Shown piece after piece: positions 37,455 through 47,984 of a DNA stretch of 64,000 bases; within the stretch, counting starts at the first letter, position 1; each line of letters begins with the position of its first letter. The notes under the pieces are model-generated. The model saw nothing but the letters and a program-made list of their open reading frames with translations. It did no database searches and was not told where the DNA came from. Where the stretch lies: assembly GCA_963718665.1 (NCBI GenBank), contig OY970359.1, forward strand, positions 1,280,001 to 1,344,000, in the 5' to 3' direction. The position numbers and the translations under genes are program-made. The stretch is from an uncultured Phycisphaerales bacterium. Its GTDB lineage: Bacteria; Planctomycetota; Phycisphaerae; Sedimentisphaerales; Anaerobacaceae.

Positions 37455-38047
37455 TTAGCTGTCACTAAATACGCCCATGGAATGCCCAGCCAAGAGTTAA
37501 GGTTGACAATTGAAATTTCTTTGAAGCCGGCCTCGGTTAGTTTGGTTTCAACCTGTTTTTTGTTGTAATTATACTTGTTTACGCCTCGCAGGAATTTGGC
37601 GGCAGTGATATACAAAAATCCGAATCCATGCCTTGAAACAATGGTGGTAACAAGCTCGCCATCCTGCTTTATCGCAATTCTGGCCTGCTTGAAGAAAGTA
37701 CTCAACTGTTCCGGATTCAGATATTCAGTCATCCAGGTCGAAAAAACCGTATCGAAACTGTGCGCCTCGACTAATTGCGCAAGTTGCGTTGCGTCTCCCT
37801 GATGAACTTTTATCGGCAATCGACAAAGATGGGGATTGCGGTCGATGCCGACAACCTCGTTGTCTTTCAGCAGCAAACTTGTGTATCGCCCGGTGCCTAG
37901 GCCTATGTCTAATATCTTTTTGCCTTTAATCTGTGAAATTATCGGGACCAGTTTTTTGTCGGAGGGAATCCGCACGAGATAATCCATAAGACATCTCTTC
38001 TCGTAGGACTCAGGCGTCTGCGCTTTGTATCTGTCGTAGTTGGCCAT
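37451..38047 (-). CDS. Class I SAM methyltransferase
   Basis: ILDIGLGTG motif I. Confidence 0.85.
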   Translation of the reverse strand: MANYDRYKAQTPESYEKRCLMDYLVRIPSDKKLVPIISQIKGKKILDIGLGTGRYTSLLLKDNEVVGIDRNPHLCRLPIKVHQGDATQLAQLVEAHSFDTVFSTWMTEYLNPEQLSTFFKQARIAIKQDGELVTTIVSRHGFGFLYITAAKFLRGVNKYNYNKKQVETKLTEAGFKEISIVNLNSWLGIPWAYLVTAK

Positions 38048-38048
38048 A

Positions 38049-39869
38049 TTATGACGATAACGCTTGTTTAGATTGCCAATAGTTGAATACGAAAATCAGC
38101 CAAAGCTCTCTGGCGTTATCTCGCCTTCGGTTTATGTGCTCATTAAATAATTGTTGTGTTCGTTCGTAATCCACCGGCCCGCCTTGGTAATATCTGCGGC
38201 CGGTAATAAATTCCTTTATTAAATCACTGTTTCGAATCCAACTGCTCACGGGGACAGTAAAGCCCCTTTTGGTTCTGTGCACTATTTGCCGGGGCAGATA
38301 TTTATCGGCTATTCTTTTCAAAAACCATTTAGTCGTCAGGCATCTGATTTTGTATTTATCCGGAAGCGACAAGACCAGCGGAACAAGACGATAATCGAGA
38401 TACGGCACTCGCGCCTCCAAAGAAACCTGCATCGAGGCGAGGTCAACTTTTTTGAGTATGTCTTCGGCAAGATAGTTATGGATGTCGTTCAACTGCACCG
38501 AGAGCAAACTGTCTTCGCTGCCGCAGGGGATAAGCTGCTCATCCGGAACAAAACCATTGTTCAACAGGTCTTTCCTGCTCAACTCCGTGAAGGTCGCCAT
38601 CCAGTTCAGGTGTCGCCTGTTGCAGCCCGCGTCGAAATCACGCAGGAATCTTTTCATCTTAAAGCCGAGGGTAACTTTTTTGTCCGATGGCGGAATCATA
38701 TTCACAAGGAACCGGGACAATCCGGCAACGGGGACAGGAATGAATTTCGCCAGTTTATACGCCCTGTAGGTATCATAGCCGCCGAATACTTCGTCGCCGG
38801 CGTCGCCCGACAATGATACCGTAACTTTTTGCCTGGTAATCTTCGAGAGCAGGTACGTCGGGAAGACCGATGAGTCGCCAAACGGCTCATCCATCGCGCC
38901 GATTATCTGCTGAATAATGCCCTCGTTGACATTCATATATTCGTAGTGATGAGCCGTTTTGATGTGCTCGGCGACAACCTTCGAAAACTCCAGCTCATCG
39001 TATGATTCATCTTTGAAGCCGATTGAGAAGGTGTCGAAATCCTTTTTGTTTTTGGCGATGATGGCGGAGATGAGCGATGAATCGAGGCCGCCCGAAAGGA
39101 AACTTCCCACGGGCACATCGGCAATCAACCTCTTCAATACGGCATCGCTGAGAATTTCCTCGACCATTTCCAGCCGGTCGTTAATAGCAATATCCTGACG
39201 TTTAGCTATTTCGGCTTCGAGGTCGTAATGTTTTGAAATGGTCAGCTTTTTGGTATTCAGGTCGAAGAGGATGCTGTGGGCGGGCCTGAGTTTTCGGCAG
39301 TTTTTGTAAATAGTCAAGTCGCTGCCGATATATTTCTGGTAGAAGAAGAAATTCACGCCCGCCGGGTCGGTTTCAAGGGCGATGTGGTATTTTCTGATTG
39401 CTTTTAGTTCCGAAGCGAAGATAAAACGCCGGTCGTCGAAATAATAATAAACCGGCTTTATGCCGAACCTGTCGCGAGAGATAAACAGCGTTTGTTTGTC
39501 CCTGTCGTAAATGCAAAAGGCCCACATGCCGTTGAATTTTTCGACGCACTTGTCGCCCCAGCGGTGATACGCAGCCAGGATAACCTCCGTATCCGTCCCG
39601 GACGTGAATCCGTAACCAAAAGATTCGAGTTCTTTTCGTATTTCCTGGAAGTTGTAAATTTCGCCGTTGAAGACAATCGCCAGGTTCTTAAAATACATCG
39701 GCTGATGGCCTTTGGGGGACAAGTCAAGGATCGACAGGCGCGTATGCCCCAGCGAGACATTGTCATCGAGATATGTCCCGCGGTCATCGGGACCGCGGTG
39801 TCGCATCGCCCCGGTCATCGCCTCGATTGCGGCGTTATCTTTCCAGTTAAAGCCGGCTATTCCGCACAC
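38049..39869 (-). CDS. asnB: AsnB-like glutamine amidotransferase (second copy)
   Basis: MCGI, HRGPD, NGEIYN, LSGGLDSS and EARVPYLD motifs. Confidence 0.92.
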   Translation of the reverse strand: MCGIAGFNWKDNAAIEAMTGAMRHRGPDDRGTYLDDNVSLGHTRLSILDLSPKGHQPMYFKNLAIVFNGEIYNFQEIRKELESFGYGFTSGTDTEVILAAYHRWGDKCVEKFNGMWAFCIYDRDKQTLFISRDRFGIKPVYYYFDDRRFIFASELKAIRKYHIALETDPAGVNFFFYQKYIGSDLTIYKNCRKLRPAHSILFDLNTKKLTISKHYDLEAEIAKRQDIAINDRLEMVEEILSDAVLKRLIADVPVGSFLSGGLDSSLISAIIAKNKKDFDTFSIGFKDESYDELEFSKVVAEHIKTAHHYEYMNVNEGIIQQIIGAMDEPFGDSSVFPTYLLSKITRQKVTVSLSGDAGDEVFGGYDTYRAYKLAKFIPVPVAGLSRFLVNMIPPSDKKVTLGFKMKRFLRDFDAGCNRRHLNWMATFTELSRKDLLNNGFVPDEQLIPCGSEDSLLSVQLNDIHNYLAEDILKKVDLASMQVSLEARVPYLDYRLVPLVLSLPDKYKIRCLTTKWFLKRIADKYLPRQIVHRTKRGFTVPVSSWIRNSDLIKEFITGRRYYQGGPVDYERTQQLFNEHINRRRDNARELWLIFVFNYWQSKQALSS

Positions 39870-40798
39870 TATTTTTTGCTCCTGTTGACTGTTTGGGAGT
39901 AAACTTCTGCCAGCGTTTTGCTTTCAAAGCCCGTTTTCGTCATATACCGCAAAATCGAATTCAGCCGACATAAATACATCTTTTGACCGAGCTTTGTTCT
40001 CACGAAGGGTGTTTTGCCGGGCAGGACTTCCATTGAGTGGAACATCAGGTTGAGCACCGGCGAGGGATAGTTTCTCGCGAATTCCGAGACGAGTGATTTC
40101 ATCTCGAAGGCGGTCATATGCGTAGGCCGAAGCCAGCGGTAAAATATCCACCTGCCGGGCAAAAACGGCAATCTCTTTCCCGAAACAGTAATAGGCACTT
40201 CCAAAATCGTGCTGTTGCCCGCTGAATAATAATCCGTTTGGGAAATAAAATACGGCTGCTTCGGCGACCGCGAATGGTCGGGGCCGCCGTAACTTCGCCA
40301 GTCCGTATCAGGCGTTACCGAGCTATCGACTTTGTAGCCCAGCTTTTCCAACGCCTTTATCGTATCCAAATCAGCGCCGTACCGGGCTGCCCTGTAGGAA
40401 ACCGGCCTGACGCCCAATTTCTTTTCAATCAGCCCGGTCAGATTTTTTATCTTCGCAGATTCGATTTCTGCATCATAAGCGAAACAGGGGAATTCATCAC
40501 TGGCAATTCCGGAAATATCCTCGTGCTTTCTTTGCGGCTCGATATATTCGCTGTGCAGATGTGTCCCTATCTCAGCGCCGCGAACGATTTCATCTTTCAG
40601 CGTCCGGCAGCATTGGTCGTTTTCAACCACCTCAGGCGAAACAAAATAAACCGGTCTGATGCCGAACTTATCCCAGATTGGCCTGAGGATTGAGGGAATC
40701 CCGAAGGTTACGGATTCAAACGTCAGCGGCCGCGAACGCTTCCAGTGGATATCGCAATCCGGCTCAGTATCGATTGTTATACAAAAAATTCCTGCCAT
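39869..40798 (-). CDS. Polysaccharide deacetylase-like protein (WalW-like)
   Basis: ITIDTE, EIGTHLH, YRAARY, DSSV and LMFHS motifs. Confidence 0.8.
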   Translation of the reverse strand: MAGIFCITIDTEPDCDIHWKRSRPLTFESVTFGIPSILRPIWDKFGIRPVYFVSPEVVENDQCCRTLKDEIVRGAEIGTHLHSEYIEPQRKHEDISGIASDEFPCFAYDAEIESAKIKNLTGLIEKKLGVRPVSYRAARYGADLDTIKALEKLGYKVDSSVTPDTDWRSYGGPDHSRSPKQPYFISQTDYYSAGNSTILEVPITVSGKRLPFLPGRWIFYRWLRPTHMTAFEMKSLVSEFARNYPSPVLNLMFHSMEVLPGKTPFVRTKLGQKMYLCRLNSILRYMTKTGFESKTLAEVYSQTVNRSKK

Positions 40799-40810
40799 TT
40801 TTCTCGCCGA

Positions 40811-41947
40811 CTATTTTTTATTGAGAACCCGCTGGTAAAGTTCTATATACCCCTGCGCAACTCTGTCCCAGCCGAATTTTACCGCCTGACTCCTGGCGGC
40901 GGCGCACATCATTTTATACTGCTGTCGATTATCAGCCAGCTTGATTATGGCCTCGGCAAGCGATTCCGCGGAGTCGGTTCCAACAACAATACCGTTGTCC
41001 GAAATCAACTCTTCAACCCCTTCGCACTTCGTAGTTATTATCGGCAGGCCCGACGCCATAGCTTCAAGCATCGCGTTACTCATTCCTTCCTGCATACTGG
41101 CGCTGACGAACATATCGTGCTGCCGATAAACATCGGGCATCTTCTCGGTTTCGATTCTGCCTGTCAGGTTGATAACATTAGTCAGTTTTTTTTGCTCAAC
41201 GATGTTTTTCAATTCGTCAAGCAGTCCGCCGCCGCCAGATATTGTCAGGCGAACATTTTTACCTTGTTTGTTTAATATCTCGACTGCCTCGACGAGCATT
41301 TCGAATCTTTTTGTTACCGACAGCCGACCGACCGTGAGGAGTTTCAACTCGCCGGACAATTCCTTGTTCGCGACGGGATGAAATTTATCCAGGTCGATAC
41401 CGTTTGGAATGATATCTATATTTGCCGAAGGTAAAAACCTCAGCGACCTGTTTTTCAGGCCATCGCTGCACGCCACAAGCGCAGCGGCTTTTTGCCATAT
41501 TCTTTTCAGCAGAGGCCCCAGCAATTTATATTCGAGCTGCAATCGTGCGTGCCCTCCGGGGACATCCGAGCCGCGAAGCGAGATTATATACGGCAGACGA
41601 TTAGCTGTCCTGTAACAAAGCCAGCCGGTCGGCAGACCGAAAAACGCATGAACGAGGTCGTAGCGGTTTTCCTTGAGCAAGCGCTGATAAGGCGGAGTGG
41701 CTTTGAGGACCCATTCGACGACCTCAATCTTGCGCCAATAGTGCAGATTTTTTTTGTGCACGCCGACAGTATAAAGCGTAACATTTTCCGACAGTTTTTG
41801 AACCGCAAAACCGGGTTTCGGCGCTGACGCGAGCACATCCACCTGTAAATCGCTTTTTCCGGCATACTGCCTGAGTATTGCCAGGTGGGCCTGCCCCGCG
41901 CCGCCGCCGATGGGCGGAAATTCGTAATTAATCATCAGGATATTCAT
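40811..41947 (-). CDS. Glycosyltransferase family 4
   Basis: YEFPPIGGG, IPNGID, VGRL and EGMSNAMLEAMASG motifs. Confidence 0.92.
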   Translation of the reverse strand: MNILMINYEFPPIGGGAGQAHLAILRQYAGKSDLQVDVLASAPKPGFAVQKLSENVTLYTVGVHKKNLHYWRKIEVVEWVLKATPPYQRLLKENRYDLVHAFFGLPTGWLCYRTANRLPYIISLRGSDVPGGHARLQLEYKLLGPLLKRIWQKAAALVACSDGLKNRSLRFLPSANIDIIPNGIDLDKFHPVANKELSGELKLLTVGRLSVTKRFEMLVEAVEILNKQGKNVRLTISGGGGLLDELKNIVEQKKLTNVINLTGRIETEKMPDVYRQHDMFVSASMQEGMSNAMLEAMASGLPIITTKCEGVEELISDNGIVVGTDSAESLAEAIIKLADNRQQYKMMCAAARSQAVKFGWDRVAQGYIELYQRVLNKK

Positions 41948-42740
41948 CTTGCAGTCGGTTTCCCGTCGCTGTTTTCTCGATAATGACCGTCATAAACATA
42001 CCCAGCAGGTTATTAGCCGGCGAAAGCAGGTATTCTAACGCCCTGACCACGGGATACGCAAACCCCGGCAATAACTGTCGCAGGGTAAGCCCGCCGCTTA
42101 TCAGGTATCGCATCGGCGTGTGATTGCGGAGCGACACAACTTTAAGCCGGGGGAATTCACGCTCAAAAATTGTTCTGTCGCGGACAAAAATAATCCACGG
42201 TATAGCGCCGTTGGCCTGCGAAAGCGGGCCGGCCTTCGAGAGCTCCCAGCTGCCTTTAGGGTCAAACCCTTCGTGATGAAAGTTTGTGTAAACAAACCTT
42301 GCCCAGGGCGTATCGGCCGGCTCAATCATAACAATCCTGCCACCGGGTCTGAGGCATCTTTCGGCTTCGGCGAAAAACTTTCTCGGCTCGCCGATATGGT
42401 GCAGAACGTCAAACATAAAAAACGCGTCCACGCCTACATCTTCAAAAGGCATATCCGTCGCCGAAAAAACCTTGTCAACGTCAACACCATTGAGAATATC
42501 GGACGTTATGACGTTTGGAATTACCTCTTTGACGAATCCGCCTCCGCTTCCCAGTTCCACGAGCACCTTATTTTCCGGCTGCTGCACCGCTTTTTTGAAT
42601 TGCCGATAAAAGTCAATGTAGAGATTTCTAAGGAACGGCTTGCTGCGCAAAATCCTGCCGTGCAAAAGCGTAGTTGCCGGGTCATCGAGGTCCTTTATAT
42701 TCTTTATTTCTGGCAGTTTAAGCCAATCTAAAATCTCCAT
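41928..42740 (-). CDS. Class I SAM methyltransferase
   Basis: VELGSGGG, DVLHH and LRPGGR motifs; start could be 42752. Confidence 0.87.
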   Translation of the reverse strand: MEILDWLKLPEIKNIKDLDDPATTLLHGRILRSKPFLRNLYIDFYRQFKKAVQQPENKVLVELGSGGGFVKEVIPNVITSDILNGVDVDKVFSATDMPFEDVGVDAFFMFDVLHHIGEPRKFFAEAERCLRPGGRIVMIEPADTPWARFVYTNFHHEGFDPKGSWELSKAGPLSQANGAIPWIIFVRDRTIFEREFPRLKVVSLRNHTPMRYLISGGLTLRQLLPGFAYPVVRALEYLLSPANNLLGMFMTVIIEKTATGNRLQDEYPDD

Positions 42741-42771
42741 ACTATCTTCCAAAAAGGTATCGGTACTCTTT

Positions 42772-43570
42772 TTACTGCGTGCTTTCTTTGACGGCTGGAA
42801 AAATACCCGGTTGATAAGAGAACCTTACATTGTGTTTTCCCTGTGTCAGCCGCACTGATTTGAACGTTCCAAACAAAATTTCGATTTCCGCAGGTTGCCC
42901 ATCCACCCACGCCTTCCAGTCGGGGTCCCAGTTATCTATAAAACTAATATACCCCGCCCTCGGCGCATCAATCTCCCACCGCAGTTCATCCCCATTGTAT
43001 GATATCAGCCGACCCGTTTGCTTGTATCGCAGTGCATCCTGAAGAAACGACCCGATACTTGAATGTTCAATCGACTCCGAAAAGAATATCTTCTGTCCGT
43101 CCTGGACGCCCAATAGAACGTTCCTTGCCTGCACCTGGTCGACTGTTTCTTTCAGGAAGCTTATATACCGGGCGAAATACCAGTTTTCAACAATGCCAAC
43201 GTTAAATCTCGGGCTAAGAGTAATTGTATTGGTAATGTCCGTCCGCGGATAATTGAAGGACATCTCATCAATTTTGGCAACATCAAGCTTAACCCTTCGC
43301 GGTGTCGTCTTTATCTTTATATCGCGGAACCACATGTTCGCTCCCGTATGCCACATTTCGATTGCCGCGACCAATATCAGCAACACAGTAACAGCCGCCA
43401 GTCGGCCACGGCCAAAATGAATCTTCGCACTGACAACCATAATCAATAAGATGGCGACAAACGCTGCTGCGCCATAAAAAATAAACCACACCTCGTTTGC
43501 TTTAAAGTCCTTGAAATAAAGCAGCCACATCTGGTCCCGAATACCCTCCAGATGCAGGAAAAGTTGCGCC
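42772..43570 (-). CDS. C-terminal part of a YfhO-like GT-C protein, after a frameshift
   Basis: DNWDPDWKAWVDG...LTQGKHNVRFSYQP is typical of a YfhO C-terminus; no credible start of its own. Confidence 0.7.
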
Positions 43571-44959
43571 GAGCACAACCGCGTAAACAGCCGCAAGAAA
43601 GACCAGTTTCGATGCCACGCGGCGCAATCCGCCGCCCGCGCTATTCCTGAGCATTCCGGCAAAATGTGAAAACGCTATCGACAACAGCCATGCAATTATG
43701 GGCACAAGTATGATGTTCAGCCGGCCCCAGACCCGCAAACTTGAAAAACCGGGCATATATTTCCACAGTAACGTAAACAGGTACGAACTGCGGCCGTAAC
43801 TGATGTAAGTTATCGTCGCAATCCATGCGAGAAGGAAAAATTTGATTGCTGCGCCGCCGGTTGAGGCGCATTGGGACCCTGTGTGATTTTGGCTTGTATT
43901 TTGAGCGTTTCCGTCTCTTGAGAACAGATACATCAAAATAATCAGTAAGGCCGTTATGCTGAAGAAATACCACCCTTCGGTGCTGGCAGCCGGGGGATAT
44001 ACGAGCGAGCCGATTGTGTCCTTGAAGTTGAAAACGTGGCTTGTCGAATATTGAAAATCCTTGCCAGCACGGTCGATAGTTTGCGACATCAGTCGTTTGA
44101 TGCCAATTAAATGAGGTGCGCACATCAGCAGCGTTGCGAATCCCGCCGCCAACATCGCCGCAAATGCCCGCTTAAGATAAACCGGCCGTTCCCCAAATAA
44201 CCTTGTCCGCAGAGGCGTAATCAAAAAGGCGAGCAAATACGGCAAAACAAGAAAAATGGTATAGTAAACAAAATACGGGTAGCCCGCGGTACACAAAAAT
44301 ATGCCGAACAGGGCCAGTAAGCCGGCTGATTTTGCCGCCTCCTTTACCGAATCACTGAACATTACTCGGGTCAAGGCATATAGTATCCACGGGTACCACG
44401 CCATAGAATGCACGGCGTTGGGAAATCTTATAATCTCAGTTACCTTGAAGCTCACGGACATTACAAGGACCGCGAAAGCCACTGCTTTAATATCCTTGTT
44501 GATTAGCTTAAGCCACATAAACAGTCCCAGCGAGAATATTGAAATGCCGAGGACCGTAAAAAGCTGGTGGTCGACAGGAGTATAACCACCGAATGCTTTA
44601 TACCACAACACCAGCAGGGCGTTGAACGGGTAAAACACCTGAGCAAACGGATTGGTATAAAACGGGAAACCGGCCGCCTCCGACGGCGACCAGAGCGGAA
44701 AATGAAAGTTAGCCAGGCAATCAAGTAAATAAATCTTATATTTGTAATAAAGCAATATGAAATCGTTACTTATGGTTATGTAGTCGCCGTTCACAATAAA
44801 AATCCGTCTGAACAAATACAACATAGGCCAGCAGAAAACCAGCAACGGCAGCGCAAGTCGCTTCGCTACCCACAAAATGGGCCGGAACCACTCCCGGCCG
44901 TCGCTACCGGCAGGCATTTGTCCTCGTTGTCGCTGCCGACCGACTTTCGATTTAGCCAT
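43502..44959 (-). CDS. N-terminal part of a YfhO-like GT-C membrane glycosyltransferase
   Basis: ND followed by FPLWSP...GFPF...FYP; many TM segments; PGFSSLRVWGR. Confidence 0.75.
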   Translation of the reverse strand: MAKSKVGRQRQRGQMPAGSDGREWFRPILWVAKRLALPLLVFCWPMLYLFRRIFIVNGDYITISNDFILLYYKYKIYLLDCLANFHFPLWSPSEAAGFPFYTNPFAQVFYPFNALLVLWYKAFGGYTPVDHQLFTVLGISIFSLGLFMWLKLINKDIKAVAFAVLVMSVSFKVTEIIRFPNAVHSMAWYPWILYALTRVMFSDSVKEAAKSAGLLALFGIFLCTAGYPYFVYYTIFLVLPYLLAFLITPLRTRLFGERPVYLKRAFAAMLAAGFATLLMCAPHLIGIKRLMSQTIDRAGKDFQYSTSHVFNFKDTIGSLVYPPAASTEGWYFFSITALLIILMYLFSRDGNAQNTSQNHTGSQCASTGGAAIKFFLLAWIATITYISYGRSSYLFTLLWKYMPGFSSLRVWGRLNIILVPIIAWLLSIAFSHFAGMLRNSAGGGLRRVASKLVFLAAVYAVVLGATFPASGGYSGPDVAALFQGL

Positions 44960-46526
44960 CGTTGTTACCCGTGTTAAGTTTCCGTTTTCTGGCGTTAAAA
45001 GCGTCTTCGAGCAAATGTTCCAGCGTTGGAAGCGGTTTTACGACCACTGCAATCTGAAACGCGAAGATGCTTTTTGAAATTTTTATCAAAACGCGATTAA
45101 CAAACAGCAGGAACCTTGCCAGCGGTCCTTCGCCAACAGCAAGCGGAAACGGGGCTGGAAGTCCGTGTTTGCTTACAACTTCATAGCCGTTTAGCTGTAA
45201 GGTCCTGACAAGCGAGGAAAAAGTAAACAGACGCGTATGGTCCATATCGAGAACACCGCGTCTTCCGTAATGAAAACCGGCAAAAAGCAAGCTGGCTCGC
45301 AGGGGCAGGAATGCGACGTTTCCGGTAGTTATCACTATTTCGGGACAATCACGCGAATACCTCTTTCGCAATTTCGCCAGTAATTTTTCCGGCGACTTGA
45401 GATGCTCGATTATATCCAGCGCCAGTATGTAATCGACTTTACCGACGTCGTCGCCAAAATCGTATTCGTCGATATTCGCCTCAACGCACTTCCATGAGTA
45501 TTGTCTGGCCGCCGGCTGAACCTGACGGTCAATGGACACCGTTTTGGCCGCTTTTTTTGTCAGGGCTTCCGCCATAAACCCGGGGCCGCAGCCGACGTCG
45601 ATGACCGTGGAACCCCGACGGACCTGGTCGTATGCAAACTGGTGAGAGCTCGGAAAACCGAACTTCGCCTTGTATTTGCAGTTTGTGTCCGGCTCATAAT
45701 CGAATTTCGGATGGTAGTAAATACCCAGCCGGGTGACGCGCGACAATATCGAGGAGTGTAAAACCCGCATCGCGTATCGCAGGCCATGGGCGCCGGCAAT
45801 TTCATTACCGTAAAAAGTCGGCACCGCGACCTCAACGATGTGTTTGCCGGTATCCAAAAACTGGATGATTATGTCTGTGTCAAAATCAAAGTCGTTTGAG
45901 TTATGCTCAAAAGGAACCGACGCAATCGCTTTTGTGCTGTAAACGCGGTGCCCGCTGTGAAATTCCGACAGCTGTGACCCCAGTACCCGATTCTGTATAA
46001 GGGTAAGAACTTGATTGCCTATCCACTTATGACGGGGCATTCCTTCTTTGAGAGCTACCGACCTGCAAATCATTCGCGAGCCAAGGACGGCGTCGGCGCC
46101 GGTTTCGAGTATCGGCTTTAACATTTCCGGCAGGCATTCCGGCGAATACCTGTTGTCGCCGTGCAGCAGAACAATAGCGTCAAAACCTCGCTCGATTGCG
46201 TATCGGAATCCTATTTTCTGATTGCCGCCGTAGCCCTGATATTTGGGATTAAACAGGACAGTCACTTTACGATGCGGGTGCAGCTTCGAATAATTCTCCG
46301 CAGCGTAGAAAGTGCGGTCCGGGGACTGATTATCGATTACCATGACCTCGGTGTCGAACCGCTCGTTGTCCCATACGTCCGCGGGAATGCGGCCTAAAAC
46401 CGATTCTATAGAGTCCTCGGCCTTATAGCAGACGATAAAAATCAGGACTTTTTTGCCTTTGGCCCGACTGATGCCGTTATTATTATTTGTAGCTATCGCT
46501 TCCAACCGAGTTTGACTCCTTGCCAA
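44952..46526 (-). CDS. GT2 plus methyltransferase fusion
   Basis: N-terminal GT2 (GYGGNQK, LHGD, GSR, FHSG); C-terminal IDVGCGPG and DIIEHL. Confidence 0.88.
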   Translation of the reverse strand: MARSQTRLEAIATNNNNGISRAKGKKVLIFIVCYKAEDSIESVLGRIPADVWDNERFDTEVMVIDNQSPDRTFYAAENYSKLHPHRKVTVLFNPKYQGYGGNQKIGFRYAIERGFDAIVLLHGDNRYSPECLPEMLKPILETGADAVLGSRMICRSVALKEGMPRHKWIGNQVLTLIQNRVLGSQLSEFHSGHRVYSTKAIASVPFEHNSNDFDFDTDIIIQFLDTGKHIVEVAVPTFYGNEIAGAHGLRYAMRVLHSSILSRVTRLGIYYHPKFDYEPDTNCKYKAKFGFPSSHQFAYDQVRRGSTVIDVGCGPGFMAEALTKKAAKTVSIDRQVQPAARQYSWKCVEANIDEYDFGDDVGKVDYILALDIIEHLKSPEKLLAKLRKRYSRDCPEIVITTGNVAFLPLRASLLFAGFHYGRRGVLDMDHTRLFTFSSLVRTLQLNGYEVVSKHGLPAPFPLAVGEGPLARFLLFVNRVLIKISKSIFAFQIAVVVKPLPTLEHLLEDAFNARKRKLNTGNNDG

Positions 46527-47928
46527 GCCATTTGATTTTTTTGAACGCTATCCAGCTCATTTTCAGCAAAAGCCACCCGTGCCTGAACCTGCTGATGTTG
46601 GTTTCGCCGTATGTTCTTGCGCAATATCTTACCGGCACCTCAGCAACCTTCAGGTTTTGCTTTACGGCTCCAAATATGAGGTCGAAATCGCCAAACGGGT
46701 CAAAGTCGCCGAAATACGAGCGGTTGGCTGCGATGATCTCGTAATCGCTTTTGCGAATCATTTTTGTTCCGCAAAGCGTGTCCCTGAACCGCTGGCCTAA
46801 AAGCCAAGAGAACAACGCCCCGAAGAATTTATTGGCAAGCAGGTTCAAAAACCGCATCGCCTCTTTTTCCATCGGATATACAAGGCGCGACCCGTTGATG
46901 TATTCACCCTTGCCGTCGCGTAGAGCGGCAAAAAACTTCGGCAAGTCCTCGGGCGGAGCGGTAAGGTCGGCGTCCTGGATTACAAGCACGTCGCCTGCCG
47001 CGGCGGCAAAACCTTTCCTGACAGCATCCCCTTTGCCTCGGCCTGTGCCCTGATGTATCAGCCGGATTTTGCGTTCCGGGTGTTTTTTAATCTGGGTCTC
47101 TATCTCATCGACTGTGCCATCGAAGCTGTTGCCATCAACAAAGATTATCTCGGTTTCACGCCCCATATCGGGTATGCGTTTTGCGGCGTCCTCGATATTG
47201 CCACGCTCATTTCTGCAGGGCACTATCACCGACACCGACAAATCTGAATCCGATTTTGGTTGCGCGGAACGCCTCGCTATGACCAGATTGACCATGTTGA
47301 ACATTCGAAAAACTGGCAGCAGCGAAAGGATGTAATTACACAATGCACTAATCAGCCAGATATTCTTTGGGAGCAGGACGAACGAGTCGGTGCGGATGAC
47401 GTCGAAATTGCCGAGATTAAGCAGGTTAGCGATATCCTGAGGAGGCAGCCAGTTCTGATGTTCGCGAGGTTTGCGAATGCCCAGCGAGGAGCCCAGCCGC
47501 AATACCCATTCCCAGAGATAATTGTAATATGTTACCACAATCCTGGTGTTGTCATCTGTGAGCGGACGAATCCGTTCCAGCACCTGCTGAATATCTTTCC
47601 ACTCGCCTAACGAATTGCATATCAGGACATAATCGAATTTTTCGTTGAGCTGGAATTCGTGCGGGTCTGCGGCGATAAAATTCAGATGCGGGAACCGTTT
47701 TTTGGCGAGCGAGATCGCCTCTTTGCTGGCATCAACGCCCACGCCATACGCCGGCTTCACCGCCGCCAGAAGGTCGCCGCACTCGCAACCGATGTGCAGA
47801 ACTCTGCTGTTTGGCCGGACGACGAATTTGTATATCCTGTCGAGCCAGCCATAGTAATAGCTGTTGCGCCTTCGCCATTTTAGAAGCGATTCCTCAGAAC
47901 CGGAATTTTTGTCTGCCCATTCGCTCAT
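46483..47928 (-). CDS. Methyltransferase-like plus GT2 fusion
   Basis: N-terminal degenerate motif I (VLHIGCECG); C-terminal VIVPCRNE, QDADL, GSR and DTLCGTK. Confidence 0.88.
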   Translation of the reverse strand: MSEWADKNSGSEESLLKWRRRNSYYYGWLDRIYKFVVRPNSRVLHIGCECGDLLAAVKPAYGVGVDASKEAISLAKKRFPHLNFIAADPHEFQLNEKFDYVLICNSLGEWKDIQQVLERIRPLTDDNTRIVVTYYNYLWEWVLRLGSSLGIRKPREHQNWLPPQDIANLLNLGNFDVIRTDSFVLLPKNIWLISALCNYILSLLPVFRMFNMVNLVIARRSAQPKSDSDLSVSVIVPCRNERGNIEDAAKRIPDMGRETEIIFVDGNSFDGTVDEIETQIKKHPERKIRLIHQGTGRGKGDAVRKGFAAAAGDVLVIQDADLTAPPEDLPKFFAALRDGKGEYINGSRLVYPMEKEAMRFLNLLANKFFGALFSWLLGQRFRDTLCGTKMIRKSDYEIIAANRSYFGDFDPFGDFDLIFGAVKQNLKVAEVPVRYCARTYGETNISRFRHGWLLLKMSWIAFKKIKWLGKESNSVGSDSYK

Positions 47929-47984
47929 AGATACACCATATTTGATATTGCGATTCTAAATGCCGAAATCGGCTGCTTCAAACG

